DNA of 64,000 bases, from NCBI RefSeq assembly GCF_009914755.1, contig NC_060946.1, one strand, 5' to 3'. Shown here in pieces: positions 63,961 to 64,000 of the stretch. Under the pieces are notes generated by a model. It made no database searches. It worked only from the letters and a program-made list of their open reading frames with translations, and had not been told where the DNA came from. Made by a program: the position numbers and the translations under genes. Positions within the stretch are counted from its first letter, which is position 1, and every line of letters begins with the position of its first letter. The DNA is from the human T2T-CHM13v2.0 reference genome, Homo sapiens.

Positions 63961-64000
63961 CTGCCCAGTTGGAGGGGTGCGAGAAGGCCTTGCTGCTCTG
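63961..64000 (-). CDS. TTC28: TTC28 exon (~16, partial): QSSKAFSHPSNWA-G, end of the CHAT domain
   Basis: Minus strand ...AACTGGGCAG|gtggga donor, phase 1; HPxxWAxF is the typical CHAT C-terminal motif. Confidence 0.9.

Overview
Human (primate) genomic DNA, identified by recognising its protein as the 3' end of TTC28 on chr22q12.1. The minus strand carries the last eight coding exons (probably exons 16-23: 63961-64000 partial, 61556-61680, 58708-58939, 58008-58084, a 24-nt microexon at 56210-56233, 55299-55428, 50670-50777, 47642-49272). All have GT-AG boundaries and compatible phases, and a ~4.2-kb 3'UTR ends near 43440. Positions 1-43 kb are mostly Alu, old L1, MaLR LTR, DNA-transposon and L2 relics, and from prior knowledge of the locus lie inside the antisense lncRNA TTC28-AS1 (+). 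Most short ORFs in the track are Alu/L1 or antisense shadows. Best leads: (1) the region after the CHAT domain looks like two tandem PUB-like repeats with introns at equivalent positions; (2) a microexon with an SRRM4-type signature and an in-frame alternative donor supplies the first helix of repeat 2; (3) a ~185-bp direct duplication flanks the 77-nt exon, and each copy looks like a + strand exon; (4) a recent Alu-Alu unequal-crossover duplication. Repeat subfamily names, repeat boundaries and exon numbers are by eye or from memory and are approximate; no searches were run.
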